This document shows, piece after piece, positions 1 to 13,229 of a stretch of 64,000 nucleotides of DNA. Below the pieces are notes generated by a model. It worked only from the letters and a program-made list of their open reading frames with translations, ran no database searches and was not told the origin of the DNA. The position numbers were made by a program, and so were the translations under genes. Position 1 is the first letter of the stretch; every line of letters starts with the position of its first letter. The DNA comes from Octopus sinensis (taxonomy: Eukaryota), in NCBI RefSeq assembly GCF_006345805.1, contig NC_043000.1:161262001-161326000 (forward strand), read 5' to 3'.

Positions 1-64
1 GGAACAAATAATACAATGCGATTGCATGTTATAACACCCGGGCGACGCCGGGATGCATTGCTAC
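1..64 (+). mobile_element. Helitron 3' end (runs off the window start)
   Basis: GC-rich hairpin CCCGG-GCGACG-CCGGG (37-52), then CTAC (CTRR-like, 61-64) and a (TA)n tract. Confidence 0.5.
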
Positions 65-80
65 TATAGATATATATATA

Positions 81-141
<61 letters not shown>

Positions 142-147
142 GAGTGT

Positions 148-510
148 GGAGGCGCAATGGCCCAGTGGTTAGGGCAGCGGACTCGCGGTTTCGATTCCCA
201 GACCGGGCGCTGTGAGTGTTTATTGAGCGAAAACACCTAAAGCTCCACGAGGCTCCGGCAGGGGTGGTGGTGATCCCTGCTGTACTCTTTCACCACAACT
301 TTCTCTCACTCTTACTTCCTGTTTCTGTTGTACCTGTATTTCAAAGGGCCGGCCTTGTCACCCTCTGTGTCACGCTGAATATCCACGAGAACTACGTTAA
401 GGGTACACGTGTCTGTGGAGTGCTCAGCCACTTACACGTTAATTTCACGAGCAGGCTGTTCCGTTGATCTGATCAACCGGAACCCTCGTCGTCGTAACCG
501 ACGGAGTGCT
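148..510 (+). mobile_element. tRNA-derived SINE (family A)
   Basis: Pol III A box TGGCCCAGTGG (158-168) and B box GGTTTCGATTCC (~187-198), non-tRNA body, flanked by (TA)n. Confidence 0.8.
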
Positions 511-629
511 TCCATTCCATATATATATATATATACACGTACATGCATACATACATAAACACATGCACAGTGTCAACTGATAAAATCGACAGAAACTCAA
601 TATAGAAAACTCTAATGATTTGAACTTAC

Positions 630-697
630 ACTCCGATGCCTTCACCAAGGACCACGTTAGCAGGGTAAAAAGTGTCTGCAAGAGGGATCCAAGTGAT
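630..697 (-). CDS. Candidate coding exon of unidentified host gene (ITWIPLADTFYPANVVLGEGIG)
   Basis: 68 nt between acceptor ctccatatcAG and donor GTAAGT; open in phase 0; non-repetitive, protein-like. Confidence 0.55.
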
Positions 698-826
698 CTG
701 ATATGGAGACAATTATCTAAATAAACTAATAAAATCTTGGTTCTTAATGTACAAAATATATACACATGTAGACATATCAAAAGAGAAGGCAGACTCAAAA
801 TTTTCAGATGATAAGAATCAAGTATA

Positions 827-866
<40 letters not shown>

Positions 867-1111
867 CACAATCAAGGAACGGCCATAATAGGCCATTCAC
901 CCACTAGAAATAACAGCCAAAGCTTCAACCGCAAATAAACATCAATTCCGTAAACCAGGAGAAAATTAAAAAACATTTACATATATATATATGTATGTAA
1001 ATGTAATATGTGACAGTTATTCGGTAGCCATGATAAAACTCCGAGTTTCGGATGACGAGGTGGAAATCCACGGCACCTATATATATATATATTATATATA
1101 TATATATATAT

Positions 1112-1146
<35 letters not shown>

Positions 1147-1182
1147 GGGGAGAGAGAGAGAGAAATACATATACACTATTTC

Positions 1183-1585
1183 ACTCTTTACTCTCTTTTA
1201 CTTGTTTCAGTCATTGACTGCGGCCATGCTGGACCGCAGCCTTTAGTCGAGCAAATCGACCCCAGGACCTATTCTTCGCAATCCCAGTACTTATTCTATC
1301 GGTCTCTTCTGCCGAACCGCCAAGTTACGCGGACCTAAACACACCAGCTTCGGTTGTCAAGCTATATTGGGGGGGGGTCAAAAACAGACACGCAAACACA
1401 CACACACACATATATATGTATATATACGACGGGCTTCTCTAAGTTTCCGTCTACCACTCACAAGGTTTTGGTCAGCCTGAGGCTATAGTAGAAGACATTT
1501 GCCCAAGGTTCCACGCAGTGGGACTGAACCCGTAACCATGTAGCTGGTAAGCAAGCTACTTATCACACAGCAACTCCTGCGCCTA
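1183..1585 (-). mobile_element. tRNA-derived SINE with CORE-like central domain
   Basis: Same body as 41850-42312 and the partial copy at 34270-34560; tRNA-like head at the right end, internal (CA)/(TA) tract. Confidence 0.8.
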
Positions 1586-1619
1586 TACTTCATAATGTTA
1601 GAAGATGTAATTCATAAAA

Positions 1620-2440
1620 ATATTTCAGCCGGTAATGTTTGTATCCTCTTGCCTGCATCATTTGGTCACGCTGAATGGTCAAATTCCACAAGATCCTAAA
1701 TAAATCATTCACTAAAATATATTCTGATTTCCACTCATATTATTTAGCTGCTATGACAAACCCACATTCTACATTCTACATAATAGTGATGAAAACAGGC
1801 TGCTGGTGCTGCACTCTAGTGTATTCTTTCAGATAGCTTTTTTTTAAATGGAGAACTAACTCTTTATCCCAGCCAATGCCTACTTTATATAAAGTGTTCA
1901 ACCCGTGGCATAAAGTTGTCTTTTCATTCCTTCTCAAAATCTTGTTTTACTCTCTTCTTGCAATCGTTCGGCGTTACTATATCAGCAGATGCCAGTCTGT
2001 AGAGGTTTCTTAGATTTGACGAGTTGTTACCCTCTACAACTCTAAGGTGCCGAACTAGGCTGTTTCCCTCACTGTTGACACTATTTTCACTACTTATTAG
2101 TCTTCTGCATCTTTATTTTTTCTTCCAAACTTAGTCTTTCAAAATCATTCCATGGATATAGTTTCCCAATTCTCTAATCAATAGTTACTAATCCGTCCTT
2201 CTTCCACTGAATAACTCCTCATACAACCAGAGGAATACAGCCCATACATTCGTTGCTTTGATCTTATTATTTCCATTCAGTTCAGATTACAATACAAGTT
2301 TCACCTGCTTGAGATATTCTTCTTTGAACATCTCCTTCATGTCTTTCTCTTTGATCTTACCCAACTTCTTTCATAACCTGGCTATTCGCAAGCTCAGAAC
2401 ATAAAAATAGACGAAATGATGCTATGTATTTTATCTGGCA
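1620..2440 (-). mobile_element. Decayed R4/Dong-like LINE fragment (C-terminal half)
   Basis: Minus-strand translation gives ILWNLTIQRDQMMQAR, similar to LLWNFTIQTDRKIDANRPD of the 5.3-9.3 kb element; many stops. Confidence 0.5.
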
Positions 2441-2499
2441 AGCTAAAGATTCTCCAAGGTCGTCGCCTTCGCTAATTAATTATAATATCGATTTCAAAT

Positions 2500-2690
2500 T
2501 CTAGCATAATGCCACAAATTTCGGGGCGGGAGTAAGACCCCAGTACTCAAACGGTACTTATTTTATCGGCCCTGAAGGATAAAAGGCAAAGTTAACCTCG
2601 GTAAAATTTGAACTCAGGACGTAATGTCTGGCGAAATGCGACGAAGCATTTCGCCCGGTGTGTTAACGATCATGTCAGCTCACCGTCTGG
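2500..2690 (-). mobile_element. SINE family B, decayed
   Basis: Reverse-complement similarity to 30701-30928 (AAAGGCAAAGT..CCTCGG..AATTTGAACTCAG motif). Confidence 0.6.
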
Positions 2691-3245
2691 AAACTAATTA
2701 AAATATTGATAAGAAAAAGAAGAGGTAAAAGAACAAAAACAAGAAATTAGGAAAAAAAAAAGACAAATAGAAACCAATTCTGTAAACTCGTTTCGGTTAT
2801 AATCTCATCAATTTAATATTGAATTTTAATTTTAAATTTATTTATATATGAAGTTGCCAAAGTGCTTCCCATCAAAAAATATTTCATAAATATTGTATTT
2901 GATATATATATACTGTTCAAATACAAATCATATTTCGAATAAGAATTTTTTTTAATAAGAAAAATAGTGAAAGAGTGAGAGAAAGGGTCTCAGGCGGATT
3001 GAAAGAGAGGAGAAAGAGGTAGTGAGAGAATGGGATACATTGGGTGAGAAGAGAAAAGAATATAATAATAAATATTTGTAAATATTTGGGTTTCATCGGA
3101 AAGATATATATCTATTCATTATTTTGGTTAAGCTTTGTTTACTGCTAAGTCGTCTAAACTCGACTGTTGTTTTTAATTCAAATATTTACAATGTTTCTAT
3201 TTTAGTTGCATTTTCTCTTGAGTTTTTATCCGACTATGACTCTGA

Positions 3246-3286
<41 letters not shown>

Positions 3287-3758
3287 CGTGTGTGTACGCG
3301 CGTGTATATGCACGCGCGCGTATACGTGTGCGAGAATGTTCCTGTGACCGGCAAAGGAGCAAGAATCATGCTCGGTTTCTACCGTCTTCGTTAACCGTTT
3401 ACCGACGTTCTTCAAACCATTAACTTCTAAATCGACGGATTTCGTTATTAGGCATAAAGCCCCAAACACAAAGGGGACACCACAAGGACAGAAAGGACCA
3501 CAGTGGGGACAAAAAGCATAAACGAATGTAAATGTGATGAAATTATATAAAAGATGAAAAATGAAAATTGTTGCACGGGCCCCACTCCCATGCGCTACCA
3601 TTTGAACAGTTATATACATTATCTACAATTGTTCTTCAATTTTTCACCTTTTTTTAAAAACATAACGTAAAACACATTACTCTTTCTTTTTTTACCTTTT
3701 TTCCTTTTTCCTTTCTTTTTCAATTTTTTTCTCTCAATTTAATATACTTATCTTCTTT

Positions 3759-4073
3759 TTAATAGTACTTCATCAATGGTTCAATTTCTATTAAAGCCAC
3801 TACTGGTGGCAGTTCTTTGAATTCCACCCTTACTCCTGGTGGGTCAATACTATCTCCACACATCTCTTCCAGTTTCTTGTAATTTTCCTTTTCGATCACT
3901 ATCGCCTTCATATCCTCTGCATACATGTATGATGGTACTTTCACTCTTACTATTTCATTAAACTTGACTATCTTCTTCTCTGTTTCTACATTCTTTGGGC
4001 ACGTCACATAATACCATACTCCATTTCCTCCTTGTGTTTTCTTTCCTTTATCGACGACGCTGTGATATATCAT
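3759..4073 (-). CDS. Orphan 104-aa ORF, unknown product
   Basis: ATG at 4073, stop ending 3759; high-complexity sequence unlike the microsatellite ORFs; no family recognised. Confidence 0.35.
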   Translation of the reverse strand: MIYHSVVDKGKKTQGGNGVWYYVTCPKNVETEKKIVKFNEIVRVKVPSYMYAEDMKAIVIEKENYKKLEEMCGDSIDPPGVRVEFKELPPVVALIEIEPLMKYY

Positions 4074-4199
4074 TGCACATGTTGAGGACACAATGTAAAT
4101 AACTGAGAATCATTTACAAATTTTACTGTCTCATCTGCTTTATCTTGCTTAAGCGAGTGAATTATTTCTCACCTGTTTAATGATTTATTGAACATATTG

Positions 4200-4390
4200 T
4201 AAGCACAAGGACTGAAATATGGTGGGCAGGAGTAAGTCAAATACATCGACCCAAATGCTCCACAGGTACTTATTTCATCGACCTCAAAATTATGAAAGGC
4301 GGAATATGTGCTCTCAACGTCAAACCGGACAGAATTCGGCTAAGCATTCTGCCAGGCATGCTGACAATTCAACCAGCATGCTACCCCTTA
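4200..4390 (-). mobile_element. SINE family B, decayed
   Basis: Similarity to 9630-9835 and to the reverse complement of 30701-30928. Confidence 0.6.
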
Positions 4391-5310
4391 ATAATGATGA
4401 TAATAATAATAATAATAATAATGATAATAATAATAATAATAATAACAATAATAATAAGAAGAATAATAAGAATAAGGCGGCTGGACGTGACAGAGGATGG
4501 ACGTATTTTTACGATGCTCTGAACTGGCAACAGCGAACCCAGCAGGACAACTGAAAAAAAAACAACTGTAGAAAACTGGAAGATCTACTGTTTTCTGTGA
4601 GTAATTTGAATTTCCCTCAAAATAAGTTAAAAAACTTACATATCTACAGCTCATACAAACGTACACCTAACAAGAAAAATTAGAAACATAAATATCTCCA
4701 ATTCTGTGTGAACATTTACATTTAGTCCTCTCTCATGACTATAAGAATGTGTAAAATTGCCTTTTAAATTACCTTTTATTGTAACAACACAATTAAATGC
4801 ACGATAAAAAGTTATGGAATTAAGCACCTACTACTATATACATACAACTGAATTCAGAAATTTAAAAAATATGTACATAACATTGAACTCAGAAAGTTTT
4901 TATTAAAAAAAACCATCGACGTAAATATCAGATAATATGTGTGAGTGAGTATACATATACATATGTTTGTGGAGAGGAAGGAAAGAGAAAGAAAAAAAAA
5001 TGTAAACAGGTTTGACCTTTTACTGACCATTAACGTCCTTTGTCTCCACCATCGGCCGAATCTATTTATAGACCCAAAAGAACATGAATTCTTTAACCAA
5101 CCATTCTCCCGCACAATGACAGTAGGAGTGTTGATAGTGGCTGTGGCTACACATAAAACAATGTCATTGATGATGATGATGGTGATGGTGATGTTGCTGA
5201 TGATGGTGATGGTGGTGAAGGTGATAGTAATAACAATAATAACTGACAGATCCCGTCTTTTTCCCTTTTTTTCTTTTCCTTCTCCGTATTTTATTCTCAT
5301 TATTTCGAAC

Positions 5311-8300
5311 TAATACAGGCAGAGTGAGCCTTGAAGAAAGGAAGAGGAGGAAAAAAAAATGTTCGGAGATAAAACTATCAACAAAAAAAATACAGACGAA
5401 TATAGATCTGCTAGTCTTAAGAAGCGGCGCTATGAGCAATGCTTACATGTAGTGAACCCTAAACTGACAGATCTATCTCCTAATATAAGAATGGAAGCTC
5501 GTCATGCTTCAAGGCCAACAAATCAAACAATAAACAGCATTGGTCATTGCGCGGATTACAAAAGACCACGTACCCGAAAATTGAACCAAATTCTGATTGA
5601 AAAATCAGCTACTGGATCAAATCTTCCCAACACACAGGAGCTGGACGTACCCCACAACCGGAATATTCCAACAGATGGTCATCCATGCTCATCACCAAAT
5701 AATCAAAAGAAAAAGAAGGAAAAATGGTCTAGGGAAGATAATAAAGAAGTTCTTGAGGCCTTTTACCATGCCATATATTTCCCCACAGATAAATCTAACA
5801 TTGTACAAGCATACTTAAACTGGAGACAGAAACACCCTAAAGTAAACCCTACATAGACAGTAACAAACTTGCGAACGTCAGAAGAAACATTATAAAAAAT
5901 AAATTACTGACTGAAGTAGAGATTGATCAAGTTAGACAAGCAGTAACGGATAAAATGAACGAAGCTGCAGCTAGAGAAGATAATACAGAGGAAATAATTA
6001 TAGACCAGCCCAGGGCTGATAAAAACGAAGTGAGGATTGAAAGAGTTAGTATAAGTGATAGGCAAAGTGAAATACTCCCTGAACCAATCATAAACACTAA
6101 GACAGATGAGCATCAAACAGATAAAGAAAGTCACACAAATATTGACCCAACAGAACTACATGAGCTAAAAAATCAAATCATGATTGAATGGCTGAAAATT
6201 AAAGAAACCAGCATGGATGAACGTGATACACTTCCTAAAATCTGCAACTCTAACCAAAACATGAAAATAATTGGTAAAATCCGGCTTGCACTTAAGGATA
6301 TAATTTCAGCTAATGATGTTGATATCACAAACCTCAACCACCTATACTATGCATCCGCGAAAATCTCAACGATCCTATGTGGTGTGAAGATTAGTAAACG
6401 GCAACATTCCCACAAAAAGCCTTCTTGGCAAGATCGTCTGCAACAACAAATTAAAATATTTAGATCTGACATTGAATATTTGAAAAACCTTAAGGCTCAC
6501 AAGACTACCAAACCTACAAAAACCCAAAAATTACTGAAAAAATACAATATGAAAACTATACTTGATATTGATGCCACCATAGAAACCATCAAACAAAAGG
6601 TATCTGCCAAAGCTGCCCGCATAGCGAGGTATGAAAAGCGTGTTAGATTTTTCAAGGACAACAACATGTTCAAAGATAACACCAAGAATTTTTACAGGAA
6701 GATAGGAAAAACAGCGTTTACTGCAAGGTCTGTACCATCAAAAGAAGAAGGCCCCCTTGATTGACAGAATATCCACAGAACTGGACCCCTTAGAAGAGCA
6801 AAAGTGGGAGGGTGTCAAGGTAGAAGATATAAGATCTGCTCTCAGGAGGTCAAGCAAATGGAAGTCTCCAGGAAAGGATAAAATTCCTAACTTCTGGCTG
6901 AATGCCTTCCCAGAGAGCCATGAACTGCTAACAGAACTGTACAATGATGTTTTGCAACACCCTAGTAGGATGCCTCCTTGGCTAGTTAATGGGTTAACAT
7001 TCCTGCTTCCAAAAAGTGAAGAAACAAATGAACCAAAAAACTATAGACCCATAACCTACTTAACAACTATGTACAAAACGCTAACATCTGTCCTGACGGA
7101 ATATACCTATAGTTTTTTAACAGACAGCAGCATATTCCCTAATGAACAGAAAGGATGTAAACGTGGATCCTACGGCTGTAAAGACCAACTACTCATCAAT
7201 AAGATGATCTTAGAAGATTGTCACAAACGACACAAAAACTTATCAGGCTATAAAAAGGCTTTTGATAGCCTACCACATAGCTGGATTAGGAAATGCCTGG
7301 AAATGTATAAGATAGCACCTACTCTGCGAAACTTCTTGACTGTAAGTATGAGATCATGGAGAACCACACTAACTCTGAACAGTGACAATGAATCCCTAAA
7401 TGCTGGTGACGTAAAAATTTCGTGTGGCATTTTCCAGGGTGATTCACTGTCACCACTCCTCTTTTGTTTATCCTTAATACCTCTCTCAAAGCTGCTCAAT
7501 GATGCGCAGTATGGGTATAAGATGTTTGATAAAAATATAAATCATCTCATTTACATGGATGATTTAAAGCTTTTTGCAAAAAATGACCAACAACTCAAGG
7601 GCTTACTAACGATAGTCAAACAATTCAGTGACGACATCAGAATGCAATTCGGCCTCGATAAATGTGCAAAAGCTACCTTTATCAAAGGAAAAATGACAGA
7701 AACGTCTAACGTTAACCTTGACCAGCAGAATGTCATAAAAGAACTAGACCCAGCGGAGAGCTACAAGTACCTGGGGGTAATTGAAGGGAACGGAATAAGG
7801 CATTCAGAAATGAAGGAAAGGATCAGGAGAGAATGCTATCGAAGAGTGAGAGCAATACTCAAGACAGAGCTGAATGCAAGAAACAGGATCGAAGCGATCA
7901 ATGCATTAGCCATACCAGTCGTGACTTACAGTTTCAATATTGTTAACTGGTCAATTACTGAAATATGTCAGCTCGACAGAAAAATAAGGAAACTGTTGAC
8001 AATGCATAGAATGCACCACCCTAAGGCAGATACAGAACGACTGTATCTGCCAAGAAAAGAGGGAGGCCGTGGTCTTTTACAACTGGCAATAACAATGAAG
8101 ATTGCTACAATTGGCCTAGACACCTACCTGAAAAACTCTGAGGACTGGATGTTAAAACTTGTCTCAAAACATGAAAACAAGAAAGCATCATACTCAGTCA
8201 CAAAACAGGCAAAGGAATATCTAAGTGAATTCCGAATACAACCAATTTCGGAATTAGAGATAGACATACAAGAAACAAGCACAGAAAAAGCTAAGCGCAT

Positions 8301-9365
8301 GAAAACCCGTGCCAAAACTGCGGCCTTAGATATTCTGAATAATAAATGGCAAGAAAAACCTCTTTATGGCAAATACCCAAAGAGAGCGAATAATGCAGAT
8401 ATTGACAAAGCCCTGACCCATCAATGGCTAATGGCCTCTGGCTTAAAATCTGAAACAGAGGGGTTTATCATAGCAGCTCAAGATCAATGCCTACCAACAA
8501 GAAACTACCAGGCCAACATATTAAAGAACGGCAGTAGCCCAACATGTCGTGTATGCCGACGACAAAATGAAACAATTGATCATGTTGTCTCCAAATGCAG
8601 TCTTCTAGCGCCTACAGAGTACCTTAACAGGCATGATAGAGCTGCACAATATATTCACTGGGTAATTTGCAAAAACCTGGATTTGCCCCATGAAAAAAAA
8701 CTGGTGGGAACACAATCCACCTCCAGTGCTTGAAAATGACCACATCTCACTCCTCTGGAACTTCACCATTCAAACTGACAGGAAGATAGATGCAAATAGG
8801 CCAGACATCATATTGAAAGACTTCAGACAAAGAACATGCCTCCTCATTGATATGACTGTCCCAATCGATATAAACGTATCTGTCAAGACCTACCAAAAAC
8901 TGAGCAAATATAAAGATCTTGAAATAGAAATCAGCAAAATGTGGAACCTGAAGACTAAAACAATACCTGTTGTCATAGGTGCCCTGGGAATGATAGCGAA
9001 AGGGGCTGATTGCTACCTAACTCAGATACCAGGAAACCCCAAAATGGCAGAAATTCAAAAGATATTGCTCATGGGAACTGCTCATATCCTACGCAAAATA
9101 CTCTCTATGTAATCCCAAGGTTTAAAACAAACTTTCTTTTATTTTTATTTATTTTTTAAATTTATTTTTTTATGTATTAGACATTCACTAGTACAACACC
9201 AAAAAAAAACGAAAAAAAAAACAACCAAATATATGGCACAGAACTTCCAACCTGTTGTCTCTTGAGGTCTCTGGGTGAGACTTGGAGCCAACTTGTACAG
9301 ACATAAAGCAAAAGTCAAACATAGAATAATAATAATATAATAATAATGATAATAATAATAATAAT
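5311..9365 (+). mobile_element. Near full-length R4/Dong-clade non-LTR retrotransposon (RT plus restriction-like endonuclease)
   Basis: One long ORF broken into 5359-5856, 5955-6764, 6757-8733 and 8690-9112; 3' UTR ends in an (AAT)n tract from 9325; the 5' boundary is approximate. Confidence 0.92.
5359..9112 (+). pseudogene. Frameshifted R4/Dong ORF (N-terminal region, RT, CCHC zinc knuckle, PD-(D/E)xK endonuclease)
   Basis: Motifs WKSPGKD, NYRPIT, GIFQGDSLSPLLF, YMDD, CRVC..ETIDHVVSKC, RPDIILKD..CLLIDMTVP; lesions at ~5850, ~6750, ~7245 and 8693-8700. Confidence 0.9.
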
Positions 9366-9369
9366 CCTT

Positions 9370-9835
9370 CCTACCATAAGTAAAGGCCCAAAACTTGGGC
9401 CTTTACTTAATTTATCGACGCAAGGCCCAAAACGTGGGCCTTTACTTAATTTATCGACGCAGAAAGGTTGAAATGTAAAGTCGATCTGACCGGAATTTAA
9501 ACTCAGAACGTAAAGACCGACAAATACTCTTAGCCATTTAGTCCGCCGTGCTAACTATTCTGCCAGCTCACTGCTTTATTATTATTAGTAGTAGTAGTAG
9601 TACTAGTAGTAGCAATAATAATCTTCTATTATAGGCACAAGGCCTGAAATTTGGGAAGGGGGGCTAGTAGATTACGTCGACCCCAATGTTGCACAGGTAC
9701 TTCATTTATCAACCCCTAAAGCATGAAAGGCAAAGTCGACCTCTGCCGAATTTGAACTTCGAACGTAGGGGCAGACGAAATACCGCTAAGCGTTTCGCCC
9801 GGAGTGCTACCGATTCTGCCAGCTCGCCACCTTAG
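9370..9835 (-). mobile_element. Two SINE family B copies (9370-9575, 9630-9835) separated by (TAT)/(TAG) repeats
   Basis: Both match the reverse complement of 30701-30928. Confidence 0.75.
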
Positions 9836-9899
9836 TAATAATAATACTAATAATAATAGTAATATGCACTAGCTATAGAACCTCTACTGAAAAACAGGA

Positions 9900-10850
9900 G
9901 GCACTGAGCGTCATTATATGCGAACTAGGCGTGGAAGAACCGTGTCAGCGTATACAGATGACGTCATTGTCAATGCGCAGTACGAAACACATAAGCCTCA
10001 TCGGTACTCCTCGAAATGAATGAGTGGCAGTGGCATGTGCTAAAATTATACAAGAAAGTCAGTCGTCTTGCAGCTCGACACCTGGAGTAGCTCAGGATCC
10101 GGTTTGGTCCAGGTCTCTAGGTGATATAGTGAGACAAGTTGATGACTAGAGCGACCAATCTCACCCAGAAATGCACCGAGACAAAGCTGTTCCTGAAAGT
10201 TCGAACAGGGTTGGCAAATGCATTCATCGCCTCTGTTAGAGACTATAGCCTGACCGTCATGCCTTACGTCTGGCCAAACTGGAGCGCATACTCTTCTGCT
10301 GTTTGTGGAAAGAAGGCGTTCCACTTGTCAAGCGCTCCATTTGTTGTCAACAAATAATAAATGGAAGATTGAATTTGCCTTGGCTGCTGATGCTCAGGCA
10401 TGCACTGACGCTACGACATCCCCAGCGCTTCCTTGACGGTGAGTAGGTGTGTCGACATTTGTTAGACTCATGTTTCATACCTCGTCTCTTAGACTGAACT
10501 GTAATGTTGGATGAAGAGTAGACCAAGGTAGGACTCCTTGCACCTAGAGTATCGACCAGCGTCCATAGTCATCGGTCAGTCTGGTGAAGAAGTCGCTAGA
10601 AGTTCTACTTTGATATTCTAGAGGGGTTAGACACGCACAGGTGCGACGGCGTCTTCGGGAAAACCCTGAGAGTGAACGAGAATAAACTTGTTGATGTGTC
10701 CGGAGAATATTCGGCCCAAGAACCATGGATATTTTCCAGAAATTCCTGGCTTGTCGGTGCTACCGAGGAGCAATGCGAGTTCGCTGAGGGGAATAAATTC
10801 TTTATCTCCGAAAAAAATATGGCGAGCCCTAAGTAACACCAAACTGTAAC
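9900..10850 (+). mobile_element. Decayed Tx1/L1-clade LINE, RT C-terminal part
   Basis: RVSAYTDDVIV (YADD-like) at ~9940; LKVRTGLANAFIASV..LTV thumb-like segment; many stops and frameshifts. Confidence 0.7.
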
Positions 10851-11869
10851 CTGCCTTCTTACATTTTAACTATGAAACCTTGGCTATAATAATTTCATGC
10901 AAAGAAAGGAGGCATCTGTAGAGAGTAAAGTACTTTGATCTCAGAAAAGCGGAAGGATGGGGAAATGTCGTACATGTTTGTTAAGATCAAATACCGATCA
11001 AGATGTCCATAACTAGAGATGAGTGGGATCAGAGTAATTCATTCATGACAAGAAGGTTTTTTTGTAGTATTCTCCGTTCGCTCTGTTTGTGGAAATACAA
11101 GCTATGAATTAGGTATCACTAATAACAGACATATATATTAAACACTATGAAAATTACAAACAATTTTGCTAAAAACTATGAAAGAGAAATTTCCAAATGA
11201 ACTCCCACCCTTAACTCGTTTCTACGCGCTTGTTAACCTAGGCAGGACGCTGATATGAATAATATGGGAGTAAAATATATAATCATCTTGTATGTACGAA
11301 GTTGTATGTATGCAGTCACTGCACGAATTTACTAGAGGAAATGATGAGAGATTTGGTTTCGAAACGAGTCTAGAAAAATGAAAATTAATTATAAACGCTA
11401 CTATCATGCTACACAGTAAAACAGGGAGGGAAGAATTAGACCAAATACTTGCAAATACTTAGAACTCTATGACCTAGACAGTACGCAACATAAAAAAAGA
11501 AATAAAATAACTATAGAACAAATATTATAGACGCATTAAATTAATAATTAAAACAGAGCAAAATGAAAACCAAATAACGAGGTGAAAGGCAGCAATACTC
11601 GAGCCGTCGCAGCAATAAATTTTAGTTATAATATTCTCAACTGGATGCTAAATTAATTAATAAGACTGGACAGTAGTAATAAGAAAACTAATGATCGTAT
11701 TTCGAATACACCACCTAAAACCTAACGCAGATAGTTTATACAGACCCTAGACATAGAGAAAGTAAAATGTAGCTAAAAAAAACATAACATAGCGACTTCA
11801 TAACTACAAATATTTAGTAAAGACGACGTTTTCTATCAACTTTTTAGCTAAAAGGCCAGTAATTTTGGA

Positions 11870-12950
11870 AGGAAGAGGTGGAGATTGTCATGTATGGACG
11901 TAGTCATGATTGCGCAGTTTCGTACCTCCCCCGAATAAGTACTCGGCAACAAGCGCCTACCTCTGCTAGTAACTTGGCCAAAATCTTAAACTCTGTGTTA
12001 AGTACAGTTATAGTCTTGAAATTATCTAATTTGTTCCTCTTGCTTTCGTCTTATCCGCGTAACTACGCCCCGGCACACAGAACTGGGAATATTCCCGTTC
12101 TGCTGCCAGTTGCTGTAGAGCGCTTCGAGGAGATCAGAAAACAAGTCTGGCATATCTACATAAAGTTCATAGGGCAGACCATCTAAACCTGGTAACTTGT
12201 GTATCTTGCAACCGACAAGGGCATCCTGAATTGCGGCTGAAGCTATTTACTTTTAACAGTGCTCAGCATCGGCCATCGAGAGACGCTGCAAGCCGTCGAG
12301 GTAGGAACTGAAGTTCGCCACCATCTCCGTCCCACCACGATCTCCGAACAACTGAGGAAAGTGCTGGCGAAAGGCTTCACACATCAGCCTGGAATCACTC
12401 AGCTTCTGTCCGTCCCGGTGCGTCAAAGACCGAATTGTGGTTTTATTACCACGCTGCGTCGATTTCAATGCTACTACACGTCGGTTACAATGCCACTACA
12501 AATATCCTCGTCTGATTATCAACTAACCCCTCCTCTTTTCTATTTTTTCTAACACTGTTTCTTTGCTAAACCCTATCGACATTGCTCTAATCTTTCTTCT
12601 GAGAGCCGCCCACCACCTGTTGTTAATGAGACCCCCTGTAAACTGCTGATTAACTAAATTGTTGACCCGGTCCCTGTAAGCCCTACGTGCCGGAAATGAC
12701 ATGTTAAGCTTCCAGTAACCGGATCCTAGCCTACGCGTCTTATCTAGGTCCACCATACAGATTATGGTCTGAATAGGCGACCGTTTTAAAAAGTGGACAC
12801 CTTACACTGTTACTTTTTATTTTTCTAGTAAAATCCTATCTATATAAGATCTAGATGACCCTAAGCGGTTGGTCCAGATCCACACTGGTGCATTAGGGGA
12901 TTCTCGTCGGTACTTGTCAGGCAGTTGAAACTGGGTGATCCCGTGCTTCA
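11870..12950 (-). mobile_element. Decayed Tx1/L1-clade LINE, APE endonuclease to RT N-terminus
   Basis: WTNRLGSSRSYIDRIL, SDHNL, GSGYWKLN, PGLDGLPYELY, LNTEFKILAK, IHDNLH read from the minus strand. Confidence 0.8.
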
Positions 12951-12953
12951 GCA

Positions 12954-13005
<52 letters not shown>

Positions 13006-13229
13006 GTTTTTAACATAGACACAATGCCTCAGAGTTTGGGTGGGGGCTGATGTATTAATATTGATCAGTATTTCATGTTATTGGTCCTTGGGGGATGCAA
13101 AGCAAGGTTGCTTTCGGTGAAATTGAACTGAGAATATGGAATCGTGCAACTAAATGCCGGAAGACATTTTGACTAAATATGTGACAATTCTGACAAACCA
13201 TTGTCCATCATTCCAATCCAGCGACAACA

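Noticed and set aside
630-697. VVLGEGIG as a protein-kinase glycine loop
   Set aside because: Only a short resemblance and no other kinase subdomain in the window; no gene name assigned.
445-900. 151-aa minus-strand ORF
   Set aside because: Built from (TA)n and SINE sequence; the plausible coding part (630-697) is in another frame.
2780-2811. Minus-strand TTGATGA..GAAAC hammerhead-like motif
   Set aside because: Helix II is mismatched and helix I cannot form; too degenerate to call.
10863-10915. Exon-like segment with good acceptor and GTAAGA donor
   Set aside because: Stops in all three frames.
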